Under the pieces are notes generated by a model, which worked only from the letters and a program-made list of their open reading frames with translations, was not told where the DNA came from and searched no databases. The translations under genes were made by a program, and so were the position numbers. 64,000 bases of DNA from Lama glama (Eukaryota): assembly GCA_028534125.1 (NCBI GenBank), contig CM052816.1, positions 58,220,001 to 58,284,000 of the forward strand, in the 5' to 3' direction. Below are positions 1 to 11,829 of this stretch, in pieces. How positions within the stretch are numbered: position 1 is the stretch's first letter; each line of letters opens with the position of its first letter.

Positions 1-336
1 TCTCTCCTGCCTCCCACTCAGGGCCCATATTTCTTAGATAAGACCCTGTTAGGGCTTAATGAAACCCACTCTTTTGGTATGACCAATTGACCAATCTGGC
101 CCTAGTCTGGGAACCCCAAAGCACTCCACCCATGGACCCTAACACAGGCATGTGGCTCAGGTCCTACCTCTCTCTCTCTGTCTGCATTCTGCCTTGACCT
201 TCCCATATGGTCCCTTGAGACATGCCATGTACTTCCTCCAGGACCTGTGCACAATAAACTCAGTTTCTCTGTGGTCTCTTGTTAAATTGCAGCTCACCAT
301 TTGGCACTCTGTGCTCCACTTAACAAAGTCATAACA
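1..336 (+). mobile_element. 3' part of an ERV LTR (runs off the window start), abutting or inserted in L1
   Basis: CCAAT repeats near 84-95, AATAAA at 253-258, then a U5-like GT/T-rich tract ending ...TAACA. L1 ORF2 sequence starts immediately after. Confidence 0.6.
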
Positions 337-2938
337 GTAACATATGACAAGCCCACAGATAACATCATACTCAACAGTGAAAAGCTGAAAGCTTTTCCTA
401 TGGAGATCAGAAACAAGACAAGGATACTTACTCTTACTAATTCTATTCAACATAGTCCTGGAAGTCCTAGCTAGAGCAACTAGGCAAGAAAAGACAAAAA
501 AATAGAAGGCATCCAAATCAGAAAGGAAGAAGTAAAATTGTCTCTGTCTGCAGATGGCATCATATCCTATGTAGAAAACTTTAAAGACTCCACCAAAAAA
601 CTGTTAGAATCAATAAATGAATACAGTAAAGTTACAGGATATGAACACAAAAATCAATTGTATTTTTACACACTAACAGTCAACTGTCAGAAAAAGAAAC
701 TAAGAAAACAATCCCCTTTACAATAGCATCAAAAAAGAATGAAATGATTATGAATAAATTACACCAAGGAGGTGAAAGATCTGTACACTATAAACTATGA
801 AACATTGATGAGAACAAATGAAAAGACACAAATAAATTAAAAGATATTCCATGTTTACAGATTATTAGAATTAATGCTGCTAAAATGTCCACACTATCCA
901 AAGTAATCTACAGATTCAGTGCAATCCCTATCAAGATTCCAGTGGCACTTTTCATAGAAATAGAAAAAAAAAATCCTATAATTCTTATGGAACCATAAAG
1001 GATCCTGAATAGCCAAAGCAGTCTTAAGAAAGAAGAACAAAGCTGGAGGTATTACACTTCTGATTTCAAAATACATTACAAAGCTATAGCAATCAAAAAC
1101 AGTTTGGTATTGGCATAAAAACAAATACATAAAAATGTTAAAAACAAACAAACACATAAATCAATGGAACAGAACAGAGAACCAGAAATAACCATGTGTC
1201 AATTAATTTTTGACAAAATAACCAAGAATATACGATGCAAAAAGGATAGTCTCTTTAATAAATGGCGTTGGGATAACTGAATATCCACAGGCAAAATAAT
1301 GAAACTAGCCCTCTACCTTACATCACACACAAAAATCAACTCAAAATGGATTAAAGATTTGGTGAAATACTTGAAACCACAAACTCCTAGAAGAAAGTAT
1401 AAGGGTAAGTTTATTGACATCAGACTTGGCAATGACTTTTTGGATATGACACCAAAAGCAAAGGGAACAAATGCAAATAAAGAGGGACTACGTTAAACTA
1501 AAAAGCTTCTGCACAGCAAGTGAAACCATCAACAAAATGAAAAGGCAACCTATGAAATGGGAGGAAATATTCACAAACCACATTTCTGGTAAGGGGTTAA
1601 TATCCAAAATACAGGTGCTTCACTTCGTTGTGCTTCACAGATACTGCCTTTTTCACAAATTGAAGGTTTTTGGCAACGCTGCATTGTCAGGTGATGGTTA
1701 AAGTACTTTTCAATTAAGGTACATACTTTTTTTAGACATAAAACTATTATACACTTAATAGACTACAGTATAGTGTAAATACAACTTTCATATGCACTAG
1801 TAAACAACTTCATATGACTCACTTTATTGCAATATTCACTTTATTGCTATGCTCTGGAATTGAACCTATAATATCTACAAGGTAAGCCTATATACAAGGA
1901 ACTCATACAACTCAACAGCAAAAAACAAACAACCCAATTTTTAAATGGGCAAAGGACCTAATAGATACTTTTCCCAAAAAAGACATATAAGTGGTCAACA
2001 GGTACATGAAAAGGCTTTCAACATCACTAATCATCAGGGAAATGCCAATCAAAGCCACCAAGACATATCACTTCACACTTGTTAGGGTGTTTATTATCAA
2101 AAAAACAAGAGATAACAAATGTTGGTAAAGATATGGAGAAAAGAGAATACTTGAGCACTCCTGATGGGAATGTATAAAGTGTATAAAGGTACAACCTCTA
2201 TGAAAAAGAGTAGGGCATTTCCTCAAAAAATTGAAAATAGAACTACCATATGATTCAGCAATTCCACTGCTGGGTACATATTCAAAGCAAATGAAAATAG
2301 GATCTCAAAGAGATATCTGCACTCCCATGTTCAACACAGTGTTATTCACAACAGCCAAGGTATGGAGACAACTCAAGTGTCCATTTACAGTTGAAGGGGT
2401 TTTAAAAATGTGGCATATTTATACACAATGGAATATTATTCAGTCTTAAAAAAGAAGGAAATCTTGCCATTTGTGATAACATGGATGAACCTGAAGATCA
2501 TTATGCTAAGTGAAATAAGTCACACAGTGAAAGACAAATACTGCATGGTATCACTTATATGTAGTATCTAAATTAAAAAAAAAAGTCAAACTCATAAAGA
2601 GCAGAATGGTGGTAACCTGGGGCTATGTGGTGGGGGAAACAGAGTCTAGTAAAGGGATACAGACTTTCAGTTATCAGATGAATAATATCTGAGGGTTTAA
2701 TGTATAACATCATGACTCTAGCTGAAGATATTGTATTATACAATTGAATTTTGTTAAGACAGTAGAACTTAAGTGTTCGCTCCAAAAAAAAAAAAAAAGT
2801 AAAAGGTAAATACATCAGGTGATTATTGTATAGTTCAATGGTGGGAATCTTTTCACAAATGTATGCATATGGCAAATCATCACATTGTACAATTTTATCT
2901 GTGAATTATATTTCAATAAAGTTGGGAGGAAAAAAAAA
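337..2938 (+). mobile_element. Decayed LINE-1 (L1MA9-like): 3' half of ORF2, 3'UTR and poly(A)
   Basis: Frameshifted ORF2 peptides (SLSADGIISYVENFKDSTKKLLE, KLKSFCTASETINKMKRQP, KIELPYDSAIPLLG). AATAAA at 2915-2920, A-tail at 2930-2938. Confidence 0.95.
1612..1890 (+). mobile_element. Internally deleted Tigger1 (Tc1/mariner MITE, Tigger1a-like) inserted in the L1
   Basis: Tigger1-type 5' end (CAGG...CAGATACTGC...ACAAATTGAAGGTTT.TGGCAAC) and 3' end (TTAATAGACTACAGTATAGTGTAAA...AATATCT.CAAGGTAAGCCT). Flanked by TA at 1610-1611 and 1891-1892, and the L1 resumes in register. Confidence 0.9.
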
Positions 2939-4074
2939 CAGAAAATAGCAAGTGTTGACTGAAGGAATATAACAGATTCAGAAATTCCAAATAATTCATC
3001 TGAAGTCCTGAAGTTCACAGATGGAGACAGAGCTGGTGCAGGAACACAAGTTTATCTCAGTCCAAACCCAAAACACTGGGTCACCCTTACCACAAGGCAG
3101 AGGCATTAAGCCTTAAAGTTTAATAAACAGGACATGAGAAAAGAATACAAAGGCACACACAATAAGACCTCACAAGACTGCCAGGAAGACTAGAAAAGGA
3201 TTTGGTAAAAAGCTACTGTTGGGACACTGCAGGTGTATGTCAACCAACCCTCTACTCTGCCCAACAAGATTTCAGCCTGGCATCTAAATGGGAAAGTGGA
3301 AATTCGTTAAAATTGCCGCCCTTCCCAGGAGGATCTGCATTTTAAGTAAAGGCACAAAATTTCAGGCACGCAGTCAGTTGGATGATAATTTAGGACTCAG
3401 GACTCTGTCCAGACCCTCATTTTACGGGAGGAAGCCATATTTGACTCTTCCTACTCAAAAATGCAGCCAAACTCAGCATTACCATCCTCCTTGAGTTTCT
3501 TTCTCCTGCAGGTTTTGCTGAGGGAAGGAATTCCTTGCTCTGGTGTCTGGGGAACAATGGCAGATTAGCACTGCTTTCAAGGCTAACTAATGGCTCTTAA
3601 ATAAGCTCCTCACTAGGGGAAGTCTGGGCCTACATCTGCTCTGAGATCTGTTTCCACAAGCCCGCTTAGGGAGTGTCATTTAAAATCTGTCCATCTCCAA
3701 AGACAGCATCTCATCACATGACAGTTGAGCCTGGGGACGCAGGATGTTACAGACAGAAGTGTCCTTTCTAATGACGCATGCGGAACAGCAGGAAGAGCTT
3801 TCAGGGGAAGAGGCCACGGAAGTGAGCAGTGAATAACACAGGGGCCTGGAAAGCACAGGCTTGGAGACCAAGTTGCTCTGAGGAACGTTCTCTGATGGGT
3901 GCTCAAGAGAAACTGCAGATAATAATTTAATTGTGTTGACTCAGACCTTGTTTCTCAGTGGTCTATTCTATAATTTGTTCAAACTTTTTTTTATAAAAGG
4001 AAAGTCATTCTGCATTCAGGAAGCACTATCGATCCTAGCTAATCTGGTCTAGAAGGGGCCATTGAAACAGTCAG

Positions 4075-4088
4075 GTTGCCATGGTAAC
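4075..4088. promoter_or_regulatory. RFX X-box motif (GTTGCCATGGTAAC)
   Basis: Near-perfect palindromic match to the RFX consensus GTTGCCATGGCAAC / GTNRCC-N(0-3)-RGYAAC. Motif only, no binding data. Confidence 0.55.
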
Positions 4089-4152
4089 GTTCCTGTTTTA
4101 TTTATAGTAACAAGTTCAAGGTATGAGATGTGAGAGGCAGTGCATCTCACTG

Positions 4153-4300
4153 CAGTGATTTTCGAGCTGTGCTTTGAGTGGTAGTTTAGGGAAAGACACT
4201 AAAAGCTGTGAGATGGGTGGGAGTTCTGGCTCCCATCTCCATTACCCCTAGAGCAGCCTCGCTTTGAACTCTTTTACATTTCAGAATTGCACAGCCTAAA
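4153..4300 (+). mobile_element. hAT-Charlie relic (MER103C-like)
   Basis: CAGTGATTTTCGAGCTGTG start and internal AGAGCAGCCTCGCTTTGAACTCTTTTACA resemble MER103C. Highly diverged. Confidence 0.4.
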
Positions 4301-5179
4301 AGAAACAGAGAGAATAGAAAACCAGAGAACTGTCATAAAGCCCTTGTATCCCAGACAGGCAGAGCCTGAAGGCCATGGCATTTCCTAGCTCTAATAGCCA
4401 TCCCTGTTGCCCTCATGCTTTTGGCCGGAAATTCCACCCATTTAGGAGCACCCCTACCCCTTGCGGGTTGGTCACAAAGGTGTTCCTGTGTCTCACCCTT
4501 GCCTTCCCATTCCTCCTGTACCTCCCTATTCCCCAGAGTTGGCAGATGGGCAGCCTGTCCCTTTCTTCAACCCTGGTAGAGACCTCTCTCATGCCATGTA
4601 CTCCTCCATCCTGTGGTGGCCTTCTCCATGCTTGGGGCCAAAATGACAGATAGGATGCAGAGAGAGAAACAACAAAGGGAAGAACCCAAACTATTATCCC
4701 CACTACACAGGCCTGAGTGTAGCATGTATCAAATCAGAGTCTAGGCACAGAGGGCTGTGATAACAACCGCAGCTCCTCTTTCATCAGCCTTAGCTGCTGA
4801 GGCTTTCTTTTCTCCACTCCCACCTCTCCTTCTCCTCCTTTCCCCTCCTTTTTTGCCATCAAGAACACCTTGATTCACCTGGATAAACAGCTGAAAGGAA
4901 GCAAATTTTATAACAGCTTATCCTGCAGTCTCAAGATCTTCATAAACAGAGACGGCAGGAAAATCTAAACCTTTACCCTGGGGTCTGTTCAAAAACAAGT
5001 GAGTCTGACCTCGCTAGGTCGTGTGTCCTCCCACTGTGGGGAAGACAAGGGATAGGACTGGGGCAGACCCACAGGCAGACCTGGAAACCAAGCAGAGTGG
5101 TTCCAAAGAGCCTAGAACAGAGATTAAGAATGACACACAGGCCTCTGCCTAGGACTGCATGAGAGCAACAGAGCAAAGG

Positions 5180-5510
5180 ACTCCATTTGTGGTGTTCACC
5201 AATTTCTGTGGTGTAAATATCCCTACCACAATCAGTTTCAAGTTACCAATGTGATGCTACCAAACATGGAGTTGGGAAGAAACGGGCAAATAGCACATCA
5301 TTACCTCTATCATACAGATACAATAGATAGAAATAACTCCAACAGGGCATAGATAGCAGTAAAAACAGTAAAATACGAAGCAGTGTTTTGTGTATTTATT
5401 ATCTCTGTTTTAACATAATTTAATTAATTTTAAGTCTATATAATTTAATTTTTAATAATAGCAAGATTCCTGAAAATTTAACAATTAGCTCTGATGAGCT
5501 GGTTTGAGCC
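5180..5510 (-). mobile_element. MER63-like hAT-Blackjack DNA transposon fragment
   Basis: Reverse complement has TTGTTAAATTTTCAGGAAT, ATTATTAAAAATTAAATTATATA and ATTTACACCACAGAAATTGG, all typical of MER63. Confidence 0.8.
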
Positions 5511-5513
5511 TAC

Positions 5514-5566
5514 CTCTCTCTCTGTCTCTCTGTCTGTCTGTCTGTCTCTGTCTGTCTCTCTCTCTC
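5514..5566. repeat. (CT)/(CTGT) compound microsatellite
   Basis: ctctctctctgtctctctgtctgtctgtctgtctc... Confidence 0.9.
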
Positions 5567-6694
5567 GTAACAAAGCTACAAGTTCTTTCCAAATCTAAAG
5601 AGGTAATCTATTAATTTCTGACCCACTATGTATTGTCCTGAGTTTTGCCTACATTTTGTCTCAAGCATCTCCATTAGGTCTCTTTTAGTATTCACCTTAG
5701 ACCTGGACAATCCATGCTTGTCCTAGACCCTACACTTTGGAAGGCCCTTCTCTGGCCCTCCTTCATCTTTGCTTCTCCTCACTGGGAGAGGAGTTTATGG
5801 GGATAAGGGGACATAACCACAAAGACCTCATGCCTCCCTCTCTTGTCCATATCCCAGGTGTGCAAGATCCCAGAATTCCCTGCCCATGGGCCATTAGCCT
5901 GAGTCCAGAACTCTGTGAGCCTCTTCCCTGGATCTGTCCTCCTAAGGGCAAACTCCACTACTACTCATGTGCACACACATAGACCTGAGTGGTGATCAAG
6001 GGGAGGCACTTTGTGGCAGGGGCCATGGATGGAGGTTAGACGTTCAGGCTGGGATGCACTCAGCTATGTGTGCAATGCTCCTCATAGTACTAGATGGATC
6101 TGGGGATGGCACTAGAATGGGGTCTCTATTTGCACTCTAGCTGTGGGTCCCCACAGGCAGGCATGGACTCCTTGCTTAAGCCCCCAGCTCCACAGGCCCC
6201 ATCTTTCTTACTTTTTGCCCCTCTTATGACTACTAGGTCATGCTCCACAAACAGCAGGGAAGGCAACACAGCCAAAAGCTGAACTTGATCATTTCTTTGG
6301 TATGAGACTCTTATCTCAACCTTAGCAGAGCTAACACGATTGTCCTTGAAGAATAGATGACAAGTCTTACCAATGCTATGACAAGCTGTCATAACCAGGT
6401 CTGCAACTCTCATGAACCTGAAAAAGCTTCCCTAAAGGCCCCAGGTCCCATAGTGGGGTGGGAAATCTAAAAATCTATTCACTTCAAACAGCATTTGCTG
6501 AGTACCTGTTATGGGCAAGGCACTTTTGTCACAGCTTTATGCCTAATCATGTGAGAAAGACATTAGATTTTGCTGTCAGAGAATTTATCATCTAACATAG
6601 TGGAAGAGGTAGGGGCTGATGAAACTTGCACATAAAAAAACTGTAATAGCAGGTAAAATATTTTCAGTATGATAAAAGGGTAAACAGTACATAA

Positions 6695-7990
6695 GAAAAT
6701 GCCAAAACCCAAGATGCAACCAAGATGTCCTTCCATGGATGAATGAATAAATAAACCATGATATGTCCATAAAATAAAATATTATTCAGCAAAAAAAAAA
6801 AGAAATGAACTATCAAGCCACCAAAAAAAGTGGAAGAAACTAGAATTGCTAAGTGTGAGGAACCAATGTAAAAAAGGCTTCATACTGAATGATTCCAAGT
6901 ATATGACATTCTGGACAAAGCAAAATTATAAAGATCAGTGGTTGCCAGGGTTTCAGAGGGAGAGAGATAAACAGGTGGAGCACAGGGAATTTCTAAAGCT
7001 GTAATATTCTGTATGATACTGTAATGATGGATACATGACACTATGCATTTTCCAAAACCCATCACAAAAAGTGAATATTTAAACTATGGACTTTAGTTAG
7101 TAATAGTGTATCAATATTTGTACATTAATTGTAACAAATGTACCACAGTAATACAAGATGTTAATAATAGTGGAAACAGAAAATAGTAAGTGTTGGTTAG
7201 GATATGGAGAAATTGGAGCACTGTGCAATGAATGCAGATAGTAATGTAAAATTGGGCAGCTACTGTGGAAAACAGAATGGAGGTTCCTCAAAAAACTCAA
7301 CACAGAATTGCCATATGATCTAGCAATCGAATTCTGGATATATGCCTCTAAGACTGAAAACAGAGACGTGAACAGATGTTGGTATACCCATATTCATTAC
7401 AGCATTATTCACAAAAGCCAAAAGTTGGAAACAACCCAAATGTCCATTGATGTATGAATGGATAAATAAAATGTTATATCTACATATAATGGAATATTAT
7501 TCAGCCTTTAAAAGGAATGATATCACAATATCATTCTGCCACAACATGCATGAACCTTGAAGACATTATGCTAAGTAAAATAGGCCAGACACAAAAGAAA
7601 AAATGTTGTTTGATTCCACTTATATGAGTTACCTAGAATAAGCAAATTCATAGAGACAGAAAGTAGACTAGAGGTTACCAGGAACTAAGGGAAGGGGGGA
7701 AAGGGAAGTTGCTGTTTAATGGGTTCAGAATTTCAGTTTTGGAAGATGAGAAAGCTCTGAAGATGGATGGTGGTAATGGATGGACAACAATGTGAATGTA
7801 CTTAAATGGTATAGAAATCCTACACTTAAAAATTATTAAAATGGTAAATTTTGATATGTATATTTTATCACAATAAATAATAATACTAATAATAAGGGAA
7901 ACTGTGCAGAGGAGGTGAGTATATGGAAACTCTCTGTACTATCTGCTTAATTTTCTGTAAACTTAAAACTGTTCTAAAAAGTAATTTTTT
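6695..7990 (+). mobile_element. L1MC-type 3' end, interrupted by the L1MB at 7178-7886
   Basis: L1MC1/2-like 3'UTR (GATGGATACATGACACTATGCATTT..CAAAACCCAT; TGTAACAAATGTACCAC..TAATACAAGATGTTAATAATAG). It resumes at 7887 with GGAAACTCTCTGTACTATCTGCTTAATTTTCTGTAAAC. Confidence 0.8.
7178..7886 (+). mobile_element. L1MB-type 3' fragment with degenerate TSD
   Basis: ORF2 C-terminus plus L1MB2/3-like 3'UTR ending GTATATTTTATCACAATAAA. Flanked by TAATAATAGTGGAAAC (7162-7177) and TAATAATAAGGGAAAC (7887-7902). Confidence 0.85.
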
Positions 7991-8003
7991 AAGTGCATGA
8001 GAG

Positions 8004-8048
8004 TACACTTAAAACTAATCTAGTGTTGTATGTCAGTTATATCTCAAT
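8004..8048 (+). mobile_element. Ultra-short 5'-truncated L1 3' tail
   Basis: TACACTTAAAACTAATCTAGTGTTGTATGTCAGTTATATCTCAAT flanked by the direct repeat TTTTTTAAGTGCATGA(G/A)AG at 7985-8003 and 8049-8067. Confidence 0.75.
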
Positions 8049-8086
8049 TTTTTTAAGTGCATGAAAGATCAAAGCAAGGAGAGATC

Positions 8087-8152
8087 TACACTGGAATTTG
8101 ACACAACATTGTAAAATGACTATAACTCAATAAAAAAAAGTTAAAAAAAAAA
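8087..8152 (+). mobile_element. Ultra-short young L1 3' tail with poly(A)
   Basis: ACACTGGAATTTGACACAACATTGTAAAATGACTATAACTCAATAAA plus A-tail. Perfect 16-bp TSD AAAGCAAGGAGAGATC at 8071-8086 and 8153-8168. Nearly identical to the L1 end at 51025-51089. Confidence 0.9.
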
Positions 8153-8389
8153 AAAGCAAGGAGAGATCCCATCCAATCAAGGGTATAGGCCAGAAAAGAT
8201 TTTCTGGAGGGGACAGTTTTTGAGCCTTAAAAGATGCTAGGATTTCAACAAAGGAAGAGGTAAGAGAGGGAAGCCATTACAAAATAAAAGGACAGATGAT
8301 TAGTGTGGATGTTGCATGATTGGATGTGGTCTGACTGCAGCCTACAGGGATGCAAGTGAACAATGACTAAATATTTAGAAACACAAGTA

Positions 8390-8600
8390 TATTCATTTAT
8401 TAAACACTAATTATTAAAAATTTGCTATGTGCCAGGCACAGCTATAGGTGATGAGAATGAAACAGTAAAAGTCCTGGTCTGCATGGAGTCCATATTCTAG
8501 TGGACTATGCTATGGAGGGCTTGAATGTCAGGTCAGGTGTTTGCATTTAATTCATTAGTCAATGGAGAGACACAAAGGTTTTTGAGCAGAAAAACTACTT
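8390..8600 (-). mobile_element. L2 3' fragment
   Basis: ATTCATTTATT...CTATGTGCCAGGCACAG...CATGGAGTCCATATTCTAGTGG is the typical reverse L2 3' end. Confidence 0.6.
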
Positions 8601-8855
8601 GATATTCTTTTCTGTGCAGTGTCTATGGTAATCTAAGAGCAGTGGGGTTAGAAATTATTTTGTTTTACTGTAATGTAACCACATGAAGTGTTCTGGCTCC
8701 CAAAAACCGTGACCTTCTCCAAGGAAATCTCATTCTATCTCTCTGTTAAGCATAGTATAAAGTCCAAAATCATTATGCACATGATTCTCAACTGTTGGGG
8801 AGAGACAAGGTGTTTCTTAACTAGGACTGAATTCTAGTTTCCAAAAAATACTTCC

Positions 8856-9300
8856 TATTGTGAGTTGATTGTGTCCCCCAAAAAGATATGTTCAAGTCGT
8901 AACTCTGGAACCTATCAATGTGATGTTGTTTGGAAAAAGGAGTTTTGCAGATGTAATCAAGTTTAAAAGAGGTCATACCAAATTAGAGTGGGTCCTAATT
9001 CAGTGATTAATACCTTTAAAGAAGAAGAAAATTCAGACACAGAGACAGGGGAGAATGCCAAGTGAAGACAGAGGCAGAGATTGGAGTGCTGTATGTACAC
9101 ACCAAGAAATATGAAGGACTGCCAGCGACCACCAGAAGAGGCAAGGAAGGATCCTCCCTTAGAGCCTTCAAAGAGAACATGGCCTTGTTGACACCTTGGT
9201 TTCAGACTTTGAGCCTCCAGAACTATAAGACAATATATTTCTGCTGTTTTAAACTATAAGTATGTGAAAATTTGTACAGCAGTCCTAGGACACTAATACA
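8856..9300 (+). mobile_element. MaLR solo LTR (MLT1C-like)
   Basis: GTGTCCCCCAAAAAGATATGTTCAAGT, GTGAAGACAGAGGCAGAGATTGGAGTG, CCTCCAGAACTATAAGACAAT; ends CTAATACA. Confidence 0.9.
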
Positions 9301-11150
9301 CTATCCCTACACACACATACATATACACACACATTATATACAGCACAGCTGCCCTAGTGAGCTACCATTACAGATAGGAGTGTGCCTGGGAGCAGAAATT
9401 GGGAGATGAACAACTACTATTTTGAACGGGGTTACCCTACACCTAGAGGACGGGCATCATTGAAGGAAGCAGGAAGATAACAACCATGCTCCAAAGCCAC
9501 AGCCCAAACTGGATAGAAGTACCTAATAGATGATTGATTTCACCAGACATGGAAAGTTGGTTACTTCTTTACCCTTGATCATTGCTGAAGGAGCTATATA
9601 TCTTTGGCACAAATTGGCACACAAAGTATTTTTCATTGATTTACATGGTATACAGCTATACTGATTTTAAAGCAGTTAGAAAATCCATTTCTAAAGTAGG
9701 AGGGTTGTCTTCTAAAAGTGTATCTAGCTACCAAGTTCATGATGTTCTTGGACCAAAGTGGTTTAGGAGGGAAAGAAGAGCCTGCCTCTGTTTTTCCGTC
9801 TTTCCTTCAAGCTACAGATCCATGAGTCCTTCTGGCCCACTTCTCAGATGACTCCTACCCAAGATATTTCAGCCTATTATTTGCTTCAAGAGTCAACCTT
9901 TTCTAAGGCAAGTTTCCCAGAATTAGATGGAAAAATCCTGGTAGTGGGCCGGTTGGCAGAAGGAAGAATGAAGACCTATTTGGCTGTGTCACGTAGGTGG
10001 AGGTAAGAAATAAGATGATGCCACAAACCTACAAATACTGTGAGATTTTAAAACCATGTTCTTAAGAAACTCATTTTCCTGGACTTGTATCAAAGAGACA
10101 ATTTCCTCCACATTTCCCAGGGAAATATTTCTCCAATAGCATAAATCTCAGAAATTACAAAATACAAATAAATAGCAACAACAATCCTAGTCTCGGGAAG
10201 TCTGGACTGAGCACTCACTTTTATTTGGCTATCAGGAAAGGTGATTAAGAAATAGAATTGAACTTTGGCCTATATTTGGCCTCATTTGAAAGCAGATTTG
10301 CCTAAAGGCAGGACACTGAAGCTACTGACCCCTGGGTTAACTTTCCAGCTGACCAGTGATGTGTGTTGGATAATACTAGTGGTTTCTTCTTTGTCTCTAG
10401 CAATAGTTTATACATTTGCTCAGACCGCCTCCTAAGTCACATGGTTAGTCATGTTCAGGGTGTTCCAGGGTAAGCAATCTTATGGCTTTTTCCAATTACA
10501 TGATGCTTCATGTCACAAAACTCTCGGAGGTGGGGCTTTTAGTGACAAAATTTTCCTACTAAAACCTGGCAAGGCCAAGCACATGCTTTTTTTTTCTTTT
10601 TTCCATTCTGACCTATTTCTGGAGGGCTAGCAGGAAAAAGCAGCTCAGCAATGAGCTCTACGACACTGACATGTTCTGCCCTAAGCCACATGTGCTGATA
10701 CTATAACTCCAGGGTCCATCTTCGCATGACATTTATCCAGGTCTAAGTCTTGAGTCTCTTCTTTGACACCAGCCCAGGAAAATGTAGAGGCAATAACCAG
10801 GCGATGACTGCACATTTGCAGGTTTTGCCCAAAGGTGATTTTTCTTCCTTCATCAGAGTTCATTACCATCAAGACGGTAGGTTTCCTCATTAATAACTAT
10901 GACAGTGACCAGCCTCCCTCATTTATCAACTTATTGCTCATCCAAAAATGTCAAGTGATCTAGTATGATTAGGTAGCTGTATGCAAGTGTTTCCTATCTC
11001 AGTCCCCTTCTAAACAATCTAGAAGACAACTTGGCTTTTTCTCTGTATAAAACTAAATCATTAAATTAAAATCTTTTAAGAGCCTACACAAGACTATGGA
11101 ATCATAGGGCTCAAAGGAATCTCAAGATGTTAGTCAATTCATTCTCCCTG

Positions 11151-11343
11151 TCTTTAGACAGAAGTGTATATAAACCATTAAGAAAAGCAGTCATATCTAA
11201 TCATTACCCAAAACTATGGAGAATATGTTTTTAAAAATATACATATATCTTTAGATAGAAGTGTATATAAGCCATTAAGATAGCAGTCATATCTAATCAT
11301 CACCCAAAACTATGGAGAATGTGTTTTTAAATATATATATATG
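11151..11343. repeat. Two-copy tandem duplication, unit about 97 bp
   Basis: TCTTTAGA(C/T)AGAAGTGTATATAA...AAAACTATGGAGAAT(A/G)TGTTTTTAAA starting at 11151 and again at 11248, with a handful of substitutions. Confidence 0.95.
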
Positions 11344-11369
11344 TATAGTATATAAAGGTGCATGAGGCA

Positions 11370-11518
11370 CCTGTAAGTACTGTATTAAGTACTTTACATA
11401 CATTTTAACTACTCTATGAGGTATTATTATTTCTAGTTCATAAGTATATAAATAAAGGTTCAGAGAGATTAAATAACTCATTCAAATCGGTGGCAGAGGT
11501 GAGATTTAAACACAGGCA
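11370..11518 (-). mobile_element. MIR fragment
   Basis: CTCTATGAGGTATTATTATT...GGTTCAGAGAGATTAAATAACT...GGCAGAGGTGAGATTTAAAC. Confidence 0.7.
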
Positions 11519-11519
11519 C

Positions 11520-11746
11520 GGGGGGTGGGCAGGTATAGCTCAGTACAGTGCATACACAAGGTCCTAGGTTCAATCCCCAGCACTTTCATTAAAATAAATA
11601 AATAAATACATACATACATACATATATACATACATACATACATACATACAAACCTACCTACCCCCCCAAAAAGAACAAAAATAAATTTTAAATTTTAAAT
11701 TTAAAAAAAAGGAAACTAATGGGGGGAATACTATTTAAAAAAAAAT
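11520..11746 (+). mobile_element. Camelid-type tRNA-derived SINE (Vic-1-like) with (TACA)n tail
   Basis: A-box GGTATAGCTCAG, B-box GGTTCAATCCC, AT-rich tail. TSD ACACAGGCA at 11510-11518 and 11747-11755. Confidence 0.85.
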
Positions 11747-11829
11747 ACACAGGCATCATTTTCCCAGAAGGTCCTTATGACCAAAAAAAATGTATTCTTA
11801 CTGTTGTGGTTGCTCTTTTCACATGAATT

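Noticed and set aside
10681..10890. Coding-looking stretch (69-aa minus ORF; plus-strand frame ending at ACG|GTAGGT)
   Set aside because: No recognisable homology in any frame I translated, and the acceptor is weak.
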